A stretch of DNA of 64,000 nt from Rhynchopus sp. YZ270_cl-10 (GCA_964035575.1 OZ037846.1:930001-994000), one strand, 5' to 3'. Numbered from the stretch's first letter, positions 44,339 through 56,529 are shown. Notes: generated by a model from the sequence alone, not told the origin. Numbers and translations are program-made.

Positions 44339-45598
44339 AAGGGGGGGAATAGGGTTGGGGAGGGGTTTCAAAAGGAATGAGGGGGAGAGGGGAGGGGATG
44401 GGTTTGGGGGGTTTTTTTGTCCTTATTCAATGAGGTAGTTAGTTTAGGGTGATGTAAGCACAGAGTGGGCTTGTGTTCATCTTCGAAACGTTTTTGAAAA
44501 AAAATTCTCTTTTTGTTCCCTACCTTTTTATTTTTTATTGAAAAGAGGGTAGGATGGGGTTTGTCTATGTTCTGTATGGTACAGAGGCAAACCGGTTTTG
44601 GGAATAGAATACGGACACAGCCATATTTTGGTTTTTTTTGATGTGTCCACCTCATGGCCAACGTTATGTGAAAGAGACGAGGGGAAAAGATAAAAAAGAA
44701 GAAGAAAAAAAAAAAAAGAGATCATTCTCTCTCTGGTTAGTGGGTTCAAATACACCCAGAGAGAATCTTGCCTAGCTTTTTTGCCTCCCCCCTTTAAGTT
44801 TAATTATTAGAGATTGTGCCACACAAAATCAAGGGTACATTTTTAGCACCCTCTGTACCTTCGTTTCGTCAGAAAAAGAATGTATATGAAACAAATATTA
44901 GAGATCGTGCCACCCCGCTCTCCTGATCTTACTTTCAAAGGCCCTATTTTTATTTTATTTTTGTGTTATCAAGCATTGACGAATAGAAATGGAAAACGAC
45001 GGATGGTGCGTGCCCGCTTTAGCGTATTGTTTTTCCACTAACATCACTCACATTCATCAGTGAAAAACACAAACCTTTTGCGGTGCGATAAACGAAAATT
45101 CTTTATTTCATTTAACTGTCATATCCTGAAGTCGTTTTCTATTTTTTCCTTCTATATTCCCACCTCTTGTGTGGGTGTGATAGAAAAATACAACACAAAA
45201 CTGGGCTGTCACTTTGCTGTTGTTAGCTCCCCCCCTTTTTTTTTGTGTGGAAAGGATGTGCCAATCCTGGCATAATCATCCTTGAGTCCCCTTTTTCTTT
45301 CATTGTACGCTGATATAGTTGGACAACTCCACGTTGTCAAAGTCTTCGTGTGTCGAGTGGGGGTATGGGTTATGGGCTATGTGCTTCACCCGGGTCTATG
45401 ACGGGGGCTCAGCACCACAAAAAAACGAAATTTGGTTTTAGAACATATTTTTTTTTTATAAACGATGTACGCACCCCTGTCTCCCCCCATCATCCCTTTC
45501 CCCTATGTTTTCAATGCACCATCATTCCCCTATCACACCCTCCATTGCAACTCTCCATCATCCACAGGGCGTCCTCCCCTCATATACTTCATCCGACC

Positions 45599-46354
45599 AT
45601 GCTCGCCCTTCTCGCGCCGTGTCTTTTGTTGCAGGCAATCTGCAGTGGACGGCGGTGCTGCGCGAACTACCAGGTTGCCACCCCAACGGGGTGTCTTGAG
45701 AATGAGCTGGGCGCTGCGTGCGAGCACCCGAACTGCCCGCCTGCTGACTATTTATCCCTTGGCGCCTCTGCGATCCGTGGGCAGGTGACCATTCGAGAGG
45801 GGATGGCTGCATGGGCAGATCTCCCAGGCTCGCAGATTCACAACATCCCACGACACATGCTCGACAACCCTGCGCTGTTCCTAGGGCTTGAGATGCGCCA
45901 CCTCGAGGGCACGGTGCCATGTGCCCCTGGGCTCGTCTGCGAAGTCTTTCTCTCCTTCTACGAATGTGGCGACTGCCCAAACAAAGACGCAGGATTCCCC
46001 GCCATCGCAGCTCGCGACGGATGGAAGAAGATGCCCTGTCAGATGCGGTTCACAACAGGCAGCGGGTCGCTCACACACCATAGGCTTGTAACATACCGTG
46101 TAACCGGCGCGACTCTCGGACCGGTTACACGCATTGTTATTCCAGCAGGTGTCGGGCTTGGGTTTATTACATTCGTAAATGGTGCGGACTGTGTAAGCTA
46201 CAATGAGGCTACCTGTAATTCGGTGAACATCTGCAGATGGGATGCAGGCGCTGGGCAGTGCTCGGTGGGATACTGTGCGGCCCCAAGGGGCCCAGTACTG
46301 AACGAAAAGTGCAGCAGCCACGGCTGTGCATACGACGATCCTGCACTGCTCTGA
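45599..46354 (+). CDS. Secreted cysteine-rich protein, paralog A (251 aa)
   Basis: Hydrophobic leader MLALLAPCLLLQA; many Cys; same length as and co-linear with 48140..48895. Confidence 0.85.
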   Translation: MLALLAPCLLLQAICSGRRCCANYQVATPTGCLENELGAACEHPNCPPADYLSLGASAIRGQVTIREGMAAWADLPGSQIHNIPRHMLDNPALFLGLEMRHLEGTVPCAPGLVCEVFLSFYECGDCPNKDAGFPAIAARDGWKKMPCQMRFTTGSGSLTHHRLVTYRVTGATLGPVTRIVIPAGVGLGFITFVNGADCVSYNEATCNSVNICRWDAGAGQCSVGYCAAPRGPVLNEKCSSHGCAYDDPALL

Positions 46355-46622
46355 TGTGCCTGCGTCTGCAGCAAAATATTTGTGTGTGCGTGTTGTCATT
46401 CACCTTGTAACAGCAAGTGGAATATTGTCGCAGATCAGTTTAATCTGCGAAGACAGTGCGATAGTTCGGCATTCTTGCGTGTTGTTGTTGTTGTTGCTTT
46501 TTAAAAGGTGACTGTACTCATCTTACATTTCTACGCCGACCCTTGTTTATCCTATAAATGAGTTGTCGGTATTCCTGTACATATTTCCTATTTCGCTTTT
46601 AATTAGAGATCGATACCTGACC

Positions 46623-47496
46623 CAGGGTCCTAGGTATAGTATACGGAAAATGTGTAACACATTTTCCGTTAAATCCGGTTTTTTTTTTTTTTGGGGGGGG
46701 GGGATTTCTTTTTTTTGGGGGGTAGTACCCAGGTGCCCCCCAAAAAATAATCCCAGAAACCGTGGGTCCCTCCTACACTCACTCACAACAGAATTTTTTG
46801 CTACCCAAAAAAATCTCAAATTCCCATACAAAAATGCTCGCATTCAGAAGGAAAAGGAAGCATGCATCATGGCGAAAGAAAAAAAGTAGCGTACCGTGCG
46901 CCTGCGGCGCAAGCTTACAGCAACCCTTCCCATGACATAGTTTGGCTGTAAAAAAAGTGCAATTTTAAGCGTATTTTTTGGAAATGTTGCGTACCGTGGC
47001 TTCGCCAGAAACTTTCGTTTTAGCAAAATACGTAAGTAAAATTTACGGAAACTGACGAGAATTACTAGCGACCGTTTTTATGTCAACATTTTTATAAATG
47101 TTGCGTACCGTGGCTTCGCCAGGAACTTGGGCGAACCTATATAGGCCCCCTGCTCCTGAATAAAGAATACAAAGTGTATCTTTGTGTCGCTTTTCTAGTC
47201 GACTGTCACAGATCATCATCATCATCATCATCATCATAGGGTTGAGGTTCGGGTGCACGATTCTTTCGTGCCACACATTCTTGGATGATCACCCCAAGGA
47301 GATTGTCCGGCAGTTCGTTGGGAATCGGGTTATCCCTCTCCATTATGCGAAGGATGCCCTCGACTTGACATTACGTATGGGTAGCATCAATTTTTTGGGG
47401 CTGTTGTGGGGTAGGAATTTTCCGCGCGCAGCGCGGAAATTTTTTTTCAAAACACATTTTCCGTTTCCCCCTTTTTTTTTTGGACCTAGAACCCTG
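46623..47496. mobile_element. MITE with 7-bp TSD (P-element-like), 874 bp
   Basis: TIR CAGGGTCCTAGGT / ACCTAGAACCCTG plus inner IR ACGGAAAATGTGT; TSD CCTGACC. Confidence 0.85.
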
Positions 47497-48139
47497 CCTG
47501 ACCCTACCTGAATTATTTTTATTTTCCACCACCAGTGCCTGCGTCCGCTGTTCAACGGTGAGGCGTTTGCACTTTCGAATTCTCTTTTTTTTAGGTACAC
47601 TGTCACGAGAGGGCGTTGTATTTCAAGTCAACCTTTTTCTTCCAAAACTACATCTGACGACCTTTTCTAACGATAGTGGCAAAGATGTGTGTACACGAGA
47701 GGCACATGCGTCTTTAAAGCTTTCTTCTTTGCTTCTCACAAAAGCTGTGTGGCCTCTGTTAGGTCCATTCATCTTTCTCTACGCTATGTGTTGTGCACAT
47801 GCCCGCCGGTGTACGGTGAGGCCTTTGCACTTTCAAATTCTCTTTCTTGCTGTCTGCAGCAGCAAAACCACATTTTGCGTGGCACACGCTATCTTGCAAA
47901 CCCCCCACAGCCCCAGGCACCTCTAACCGCAGCAGCAACGGGGTGCACACCAAGGCAACCCCTCCCTCTGACTGCGACTCCCCCCCACCTCTTCCCGCTT
48001 TCACAAAACAATGTGAAGCACAGCAACGCAAAATCAACGTCTTTTTTGATAGTGTCCTTTTACCCATTGCCCTGAGACCACGTCTCCCCTATATCTCATC
48101 CACAGGACGTCCTCCCCTCCACATACACTTCATCCAACC

Positions 48140-48895
48140 ATGCTCGCCCTTCTCGCACCGTGTCTTTTGTTGCAGGCAATCTGCAGTGGACGGCGGTGCT
48201 GCGCGAACTACCAGGTTGCCACCCCAACGGGGTGTCTTGAGAATGAGCTGGGCGCTGCGTGCGAGCACCCGAACTGCCCGCAGGCGAACTACTTCTTTCT
48301 TGGCAGCGATTCGGCTCGTGGCCCGACCACGATGCGGGAGGGGATGGACGCATGGCTTGCGCTCCCAGGGTCGCAGATCCACAACATCCCACCACACCTG
48401 CTCGACAACCCTGTGCTCTTCAGCGGCCTTGAGACGGAACCCTTGCAGGGTACTCTCTTCTGTGGACCCGGAGGTGTGTGCGAGTTTTATCTCTCCTTCT
48501 ACGAATGTGGCGACTGCCCAAACAAAGACGCAGGGTTTCAGGCCATCGCAGCTCGCGACGGATGGAAGAAGGTGCCCTGCCAGATGCGGTTCACAACAGG
48601 CAGCGGGTCGCTCACACACCATAGGCTTGTCACGTACGTCATCAGCACAAAGGAGGTCGGGCCACGTCTTGATATCGACGTTCCTGCAGGTGTTGGGCTC
48701 GCGTTTGTGACAGCGGCGCTAGGCGAGGAGTGTTTCCACTACGATGAGGCCAGCTGTGCGATTGTTCCGAAGTGTTATTGGGATGTCCGTGCTGGGCAGT
48801 GCTCGGTGGGATACTGTGCGGCCCCAAGGGGCCCAGTACTGAACGAAAGGTGCAGCAGCCACGGCTGTGCATACGACGATCCTGCCCTGCTCTGA
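48140..48895 (+). CDS. Secreted cysteine-rich protein, paralog B (251 aa)
   Basis: Paralog of 45599..46354 with Cys positions retained. Confidence 0.85.
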   Translation: MLALLAPCLLLQAICSGRRCCANYQVATPTGCLENELGAACEHPNCPQANYFFLGSDSARGPTTMREGMDAWLALPGSQIHNIPPHLLDNPVLFSGLETEPLQGTLFCGPGGVCEFYLSFYECGDCPNKDAGFQAIAARDGWKKVPCQMRFTTGSGSLTHHRLVTYVISTKEVGPRLDIDVPAGVGLAFVTAALGEECFHYDEASCAIVPKCYWDVRAGQCSVGYCAAPRGPVLNERCSSHGCAYDDPALL

Positions 48896-50335
48896 GCACA
48901 ATGTTTTCGCCGTGGTGTGCGGGCCACACCCTCTAACAGACTGTTTCTGTGAAGGTAACAGTTTTTCCCCCCCGGTAGATTTCTTTTCTGAAATTTTACT
49001 CCTGACAACTTTATTCTTGCTTTTCAATACACTTTTTCTGCCCATTTTTTTGTGCTTTATCCGGATGGCTGGCATCGTACGTGGGTCAGTCGGAGGTACC
49101 TGCATCAACAGCCACAGTTTTTTTTAACATTAGAGAACGGGCCGCCGCCTTGCGCACATTGCTCAACAAGCTTCACCGCCTGTGCAAAGCCCTTGGGATT
49201 CAAAACCCATTTCCTGCATCTGCCATCTCCTCCTCACGGGGCCTCCGGTCCATTGGCGCACCCGGACTTATTGGCTACGACCGTCGCCCAGTTTTTACGT
49301 ACCCGCGCTACACCATGCACATGCTCGAACACGTCATCGTACGTGCCAAAATTACGAACTCCGGCTGGGGAAATGATATCATCCCTGACAACAAACTTGT
49401 AGAAGCCAGCGCAGCTGATGCTGTGCGATAACGAATATGATAAGGTGACTAAGCACGAGAGGCTTAGGATCATCTTATAAACTTTTCTTTTTTTCTCTTC
49501 CGCTTTTGCAGTGGTTGCGTGACTTCTGTTAAACGTGTTGACGTAACCAATCCCCACCTTCAGACAGATGCACTGAGTGGTGAGAATGGCGACACGTAAG
49601 TTGCGTGGCCTCTGTCTGGTCCACCCCTCTTTCATGTCTTTTTTTTCTCTTCCATAACCCCAAACACCACAAAACGGGTGCACATCCAGGCAACCCATCT
49701 TGTGGCTCAGCTGCCCCAGGACCATACTGAAGTCCAGGATTCATTTACAAGCTTTTCTCTTTATCGTGGCGGGACCAAGCCCGTCTATAAATCGAACAAC
49801 AAAGCCCCCCCCCCTTTTCTCAAATAGCCCCCTTAGATGCGAGGTTCATTTTTGCAACTTTTCTTCATGTGATCACCCCTTCCCCAGGGCCTACATCACA
49901 GACAAGACGATACTTGCCATGACATGACATTATTTGTTCATGTAGCGTGACATGTGAAAAATGAAAACATGTGATCACATGTCATTTTACATGTCATATG
50001 GCACGTGAATCAAGGTTTGCGCAGTGATTCAATGGCATATGACATGCAGGTCATATGTCACAAGTTAAGGAAATGACACGTACAACACATGCTAAATCAC
50101 ATACACATATCATGCCAAGTGTCGTCGTGTCGCCTATTCACCCTATGCCTCCAATCCTCCCTGCTCATCTTGACTGCACCCCCCCTACCACCCTCCCCCC
50201 ACAGCACTTTACACATACACAACAACACCCCTCCTCCCCCCACCTCCTCCTCCTCTCCCCGCTTCTCGCCTCCCCCTATCCTCCCCTTTTTTCTCTCTCT
50301 TCGTCCTTCTCCCTCTCTCCCCTCTCCCCCCCATA

Positions 50336-52571
50336 ATGATAAGCTACGGCCTCGCGCAGGGCGATGCGAGCAACGAAAAGATTGTGTGGGACCAGTATAG
50401 GGTGTGGAAGGAGAACGTGCCGAAGCTGTACAACCATTTGTCGGTGTATCCGTTGGAGTGGCCGGCGTTGAGTGTGGAGTGGCTGCCTGAGGATGACTGC
50501 ATGGACGAAATGGGGTACAGTTTGAACTATTTGCTGGTTGGCACACAAGCCTTCGAAGAAGGAGAAGGAGACGCCGCGCAGCCAGAAATGTTCACCAACC
50601 AAGGGCAAGACCCCGCCGCAGCACAGCCCCAAAGGAAGAAGTACCAAACAAACCCATCAAAATCTGCAAACTCCATCTACAACCTGGAGATCACTCTCCC
50701 AAGCGAGTCCGAGCTGCACCGATGGGTGCCCGAGGCGCCCTCCCACAACATAGGCCACTGTGCAACAAAACAGCGCCTTGCTCACAACGGCGAGGTAAAC
50801 TGCCTGAAACACATGCCACAGAACCCGCACATCGTGGCATCGAGGGGGCCCGTCAGAGGGAGTGCAAACTCAACTATAGCACCGGTGTACATTTACTACC
50901 TCGATATGGCAAGGGATCTGTCTCAGCCGGGTGCGACAGAGGTATTTTTATTTTTATTTTTTAGCCTGGACAACAACTCCATCTTTGGATTGAAAAAATA
51001 TTGATCATTTTTAGTCTGCCTTCCGTAGTACACAAAAAAAGGCTTCAGATCACATCGAGTCCAGACCCCATTATTTTGTACGGCGAACTCTCATTTTTCT
51101 GCCCCCCTAATTCAGGCCGAAATTTTGAAGCGGGTTTACTCAAGGGTCACCGTAATACTATACAACCCGGAAATCAAAAGGCTGCTATATATTTGGGATT
51201 TCCCCGACAAGCCCAACATCAACACCTGATACCTTCTTCTGCTTTCCAACTCCCCTCCCTCCTCCTCCTCTCCCCCCACAGAACGACGTCGCCCCCGTTG
51301 GAAACAACCTCGGAAACAATCTCGGAGGAAACGGCCGTGAAATCGACCCCGCTCTGATTCTCAACCTCACCGGCCACCGCGCTGAGGGGATGGCCCTCTC
51401 TTGGAACAAGAAGAAGGAGGCACAGCTCGCTTCAGGCGCGGATGATGGCTTGGTTATGGTCTGGGATCTGGCCGAACCGGTTTCACAGAATTCTTTAGAC
51501 AGCTTCGAGCGAGGCACACAACAAGCAGAGCGTGGGATCGGACCGATCTGCATTCTCCAGGGCCATGAAGGATCTGTACAGGCAGTCGATTTTCATCCTC
51601 TTCACCAGCACCTTCTGTTCTCCGCTTCTGACGACAGATGCATCCGAATCTGGGACACCCGGCTTGCCGATAAAGGATCAATGACGAATGTACGCAACGC
51701 ACACAGCAGTGCGATCAACTGCATCCAAGCACACCCTATCGCTGAGCACGTTATCGCCACCGCAGGGAAGGATGTAGTGAAAATCTGGGATATGCGTTTC
51801 GAACGTCGCTCTGAGCCGGCAATGACGCTTCGTGGACATACTGGGGAGATCCTGTCTTTGGAGTGGGCACCACATAGGGAGGATGTTCTGGCTACAGGAA
51901 GCATGGACCGCAGTGTTATCGTATGGAATATCGAGAGAAACAGCCAGCCCGACGCAGTAAGCAACGGAAGGATGGATCTTTGTCCATGGCTGCAGGACAC
52001 CTGGTTGGGTCAGTATTTGTACCCACCCCCAAAGCCGGAGCCTGCCTATGATGACATGAAAATCCCAAAGGAGGTGATGTTCGTCCACTTCGGCCACACC
52101 GCTCCGGTGACTGATATTTCGTGGAACCCTAACGAGGATTGGGTGCTTGCGTCGGCGGCGCAAGATAATTTTCTTCATGTCTGGCAAATGGCTCGCAACG
52201 TATACGATGATGACGAAGAGGAAGAAGAAGGAGCGCACGATCTTGCAGTAGAAATGGCTGCAATGAATGGAGGAATTGCGGCGATTCATGTCCCACAGAG
52301 GCAGGATGAGGACGCGCACGAATTTAGTGATGCTGGAGAAGGTTGGGGGGTGCAAGCACAACAAGCACAACAAGCCGCAGCACCTCAGGTAAACGAAGAA
52401 AGAAAAAACAGTGCAGGGTCCGGAGGAAGTGCGGGGAGTGGAGGAGGGGCAGGGGGAGGACAGCAGAATCAAGGCCTCCCTCTCGCACCCTTCACAGCGC
52501 AACAGCAGCAACGTGACGTTGCAAAGCAGCAAGACGAACAGGAGCAAGCCGCGCAAGAAGGGGCAGGCTGA
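50336..52571 (+). CDS. RBBP4: Histone-binding WD40 protein of the RBBP4/RBBP7/MSI1 (CAF-1 p48) family; exons 50336-50941 and 51282-52571
   Basis: YRVWKENVPKLY..LEWPALSVEWLP, HNGEVN..MPQNPHIVA, MFVHFGHTAPVTDISWNPNEDWVLAS..DNFLHVWQMA; a phase-0 GT-AG intron joins the two ORFs in frame (631 aa). Confidence 0.9.
50942..51281 (+). other. Spliceosomal GT-AG intron (340 nt)
   Basis: GAG|GTATTT donor; pyrimidine tract then CCCACAG|AAC acceptor; removal restores the frame and the WD repeat LTGHRAEGMALSW. Confidence 0.85.
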
Positions 52572-55338
52572 GAGAGAGAGAGAGAGAGAGAGAGAGCTGT
52601 ACGAAGAGAAGAACACCATTTTTGAGGATGAAAAAAAAAAAAAAACAAAACAAAAAAAAGGTGCACTGTCACGAGAGGGCTTTACATTTCAAGTCAGTTT
52701 TTTCCCCTCTTTTTTCATGTGTTCTTTCTTTTGTTGTTTGCGCCTCTGTGTTGGGCACTTGATTCACCTCATCCGAGTTAAATTCTGACCTCAGGGTCCA
52801 CGCTAACTTCCTCTTTGAAATTATTTTTTAATTGCTCAAAAAAAAAAAAAAAACCTCCCCTTTTTGAAAAAAATTGGGGTATGCCACCGATAAAAAAGGG
52901 GGGTGGGAAGGGAGGGGTATGGGGTGAGTATTGGGAGGGAGTGTGACGATTATAGTAGCCTTGCTGATTTATTTTTTTTTCTTCTTTATTTTTTTGCCTA
53001 AATTTTTCTTTTTTCTTTTTTTTTCTTCGTTTTTTTGAGTCGATTTCTTTAGAGAATCTTCTTCGTTTAAATTGGCGGGGGTTTTTTTGTTGTTGTCGGT
53101 TATTGTACCAAGGTACACTGTTCATGAGAGAGGGCTGTTGTATTTCACGTCAACTTTTGTTAAGGCAAATCATGAGAATATTAAAAGGGAAACGAAGAGA
53201 AGATGGACCAAGGCTGTGATGGGGGATGAGAGTCAATTTTTTTTTTGTCACCTCATGAAGGAGGAAATAGAAACAACGCACTTTGAACACACTTTTGCGG
53301 TTCTAGGGACGAACCGCGCTGCAGAGCTACTCCTCTCTAAACAGGTCGAGGTGTTGTGCGTTTCACAACCTCTCCCATGGGTTTTATCGTGCGATGAGTG
53401 CTCTGTTTCTATTTTTTTATTCGGGCAAATGAGTATGCTTCCTGCTGACAACCTCCCCTCGTGGGAACCGTGTACATCCCAATGAAGTGCTCAAGAACCC
53501 TGCGCCCGCCGATGAACGGGGAGGCGTTTTTTGCACTTTCAACTTTTTTTTATTCACTCCCATGCGCAACACTCCGGGGTTCGATAACCCCCAGAGGCGT
53601 TTGCACTATCAACTTCACTTTTATTTGTGCTTTCATCCAAGCTGGCATCGTGGATCAGCTGGAGGTGCCTGCATTAATAACTTCACTTTTATTTAAGGTG
53701 ACTAAGCGCGAAATGCTTGGGGTCATCTTATAAACTTTTCTTTATTTCTCGGATATATGCTAGCGATAGAACAAACAGACGACGAGCAACTAGAGAGGAT
53801 ACCCGGGATTATTCCGTCATTGTTCCCCCCCCTCCCGGGCCCCTCCCTCCCTCCCTCTCGTTCTTACACGACGACACTCTGTAAAATAGAAAGCTATGTG
53901 AATTTTTCTTCGTCTTCAAATGTGATAAGGGAAGTACTGCAGCCAAAAACACAAAAGGTGCTCCTTCTTTCAGGTTAATTTTTTATTTTATTTTTATTTT
54001 GCGATTGCCACTTTCCCTCAGACCCCCCCCTCCAGTGCTTTTCCCCCCCTCACACTTTCACTTTATTTAAAATGTTCCTCCGTCAAAAAGTAGTGAACGA
54101 AAAAGAACGTGCGTGGAGTTCACACGAAAAAAAAAAAGCGAGGTGTCTACGCGTTATCAATTATTCAAAATTCTTCAAAGAAGAGAAAAAAAAAAACAGA
54201 GCACTGTGTGATGTCCATGTATCATAGTCTTTTCAAAGGTAGATATTGGTGGAGATTGGTACACAGGGCGAGTGTGGGGAAAAAATGCAAAACCCAACCC
54301 GTATGATGGGAGAGACTCTCGGGAGGGGTCTGAGGGGTTTTTATAAAAGAAGAATCCCCGTCAGTTTTTTTTCCCTCCCGTCGACAACAATAACTTAAGA
54401 AAGAAATTCTCAGTTTGTTTTTCCCCCCCTGTTGTCATTTTTTAAGGTGACTCTGGAGTTCAGAGTTGCGAAACGGAAGGGGAAAAAAACCAATAAAGAA
54501 GGGTCAGTGAAATCTGTCTGGTATGACATCTACACGTGAACAGATCCATCAAAAAAATCAAAAAAAAAAAAAGGCAAAAAAGAAAAAAGACACCAATATA
54601 ATGACTTCTGTGGTTCGACCTGTAACGGGATCATTTCACCACCCAAAGTCACAACAAAAAAAAAAAAACCCCCCCTCCTCTCCCTCCCCCCGCCTCAACA
54701 AACAACAAACATTTTCAATCCCCCCGCCTCATTCCTACTAAGTTCTGTTCAGAGTTTAACTTTTTTTCTTCTTTTTCCTTCCATTTTTTTTTTATATATT
54801 TTTTGTTTCCTCAGCAAAGTTATTGCCCCGGTACCCTATTCTACGCGAATTCTCCTCACAACAAGAAAAAAAGATTGACCTTTCCCTTCCACCCCCCCCA
54901 CGGTCCCCCCCACCCCTTCCCTTTGTCGTACGTCTTGAAGCTGTTACGAGAAGAGGGGGGCCTGAAGTAGCTTCAAGAATATTGTGCCTTCTGCCTGCAT
55001 CAGGTGGATTTCCACCGACAAGATGTTCAGGTTCGTGAAGGTAACAGATCAAAGCACTTCATTGGCAAGCATCGATCTCTTTTGATTTATGATACACAAA
55101 ATTCTGCTTTATTTTATGATGTAAACCACGAAATGGATTGTAGGACTGGTTGGGTGTCCACCCCCGGTACACCCCCGGTCATACCAAAGGTACACTGTTT
55201 TACGAGAGGGGTTTTTGTATTTCAACTCTACTTTTATTGAGTGGAGAAAATCATTGCAAATAGCGATCTCCTTTTTCTCTCTCTCTTTTTCCATCCTTTT
55301 GCATCTCCCGCACCCTCCAGGCACGACACACGACACAC

Positions 55339-56214
55339 ATGGCCTCCCCAGGCGTTGCCGAGCAGACCTATGCAGAGCAGGACCAGATGACGAAGCTTAA
55401 TGGCGTGCTCTCCCGACATGGCATCACCATTGCCGATGCGAACGACCTTGTTCTGTTGCAGGGGTATGAGATTGTGGTCATTGCAGATGACTCTGGGAGC
55501 ATGACGTTGAGTAGCGTGCCGCAGGCAGAGAGGCGGTTGGGGCAACGCGAGCCGTCGCGTTGGGAGGAGCTGTGCGGGACACTGCGGATGGTGGTCGAGC
55601 TGGCAACGATCTTTGATGCAGACGGCGTGGACATCCACTTCCTCAACCGCCCTGCGCTCACACACCTCCGCTCGCGGGACGACCCGCAGCTCGACACTGC
55701 TTTACAGCGCCCCCCTAGCGGCGGCACACCCCTCACCGAAACTCTCCGAAACGTTCTGACAGCGCACGCCGCAGATCCCTCAGAAAAACCGGTGTTGATC
55801 ATCATCGCTACCGACGGCATGCCGAATGGAGGTCCTGCGCCTTTCAAACAGATTATTGTTGATGCAATCCGAAAGCGATTCGGTCAAACAATCTTCAAAT
55901 TCCAGATCCTCGCCTGCACAGATGATGATACCCAGGTCGGGTGGTTAAACCAATTTGACGAGGAATTCGCAGAAGTGGACGTAACAGACGACTACCACTC
56001 TGAGAAGCAGGAGGTCCTCCGTACCGGGAAGTGTCCGACCTTCAAACGCTCTGATTGGATCATCAAAGCGCTCTTAGGGCCCATTTCGAATAAGTTTGAC
56101 TCTTGGGATGAGCCCAATGGGCCCGGAAGACAGCAGCATACCCCTGCTTACCACAACAACCATGCGAAGCCTGCGCAAAATAAAAAGGAAGGTTGTGGCT
56201 GTGTCTTAGCATGA
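55339..56214 (+). CDS. von Willebrand factor A (vWA) domain protein with C-terminal CaaX (CVLA)
   Basis: MIDAS motif IADDSGSM, plus GGTPL and IIATDG; ends in KKEGCGCVLA-stop. Confidence 0.9.
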   Translation: MASPGVAEQTYAEQDQMTKLNGVLSRHGITIADANDLVLLQGYEIVVIADDSGSMTLSSVPQAERRLGQREPSRWEELCGTLRMVVELATIFDADGVDIHFLNRPALTHLRSRDDPQLDTALQRPPSGGTPLTETLRNVLTAHAADPSEKPVLIIIATDGMPNGGPAPFKQIIVDAIRKRFGQTIFKFQILACTDDDTQVGWLNQFDEEFAEVDVTDDYHSEKQEVLRTGKCPTFKRSDWIIKALLGPISNKFDSWDEPNGPGRQQHTPAYHNNHAKPAQNKKEGCGCVLA

Positions 56215-56458
56215 GGTAAAATAGTCTTGGGGGGTGGGGTGAGTCATTTATAGCGTAATGTGTTGTGCGCCTTTGTGAATATTGGTCCAAAATTAAATAT
56301 TGACAGTGGAGCTTGTATAGGTAGTGCACTATTCCAACAATTTCAAAAAAAAAAAAGTATAGTGGCGCACACTCTAGGGTGGCTACACTAATACAACCAA
56401 GTTTTCAAAATTAAAAAAAAAATAGTGGAGTTCATCCTTGGGTGTCTACACTAATATA

Positions 56459-56529
56459 TGGTGGCCTGTCGGACCCTTTGTGGGGTACCCCCCCGCGGAT
56501 CCTACCCTGAGGGTCCGTACAGGCCACCG
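56459..56529. mobile_element. About 70-bp hairpin mini-element inserted into the 50-bp dispersed repeat
   Basis: GGTGGCCTGT...ACAGGCCACC arms interrupt CTACACTAAT^ACAGCCAAGTTTTC, which is uninterrupted at 31053. Confidence 0.7.

Noticed and set aside
50336..51004. Separate 222-aa gene or frameshifted pseudogene
   Set aside because: Explained as exon 1 of the RBBP4-like gene with read-through into the intron
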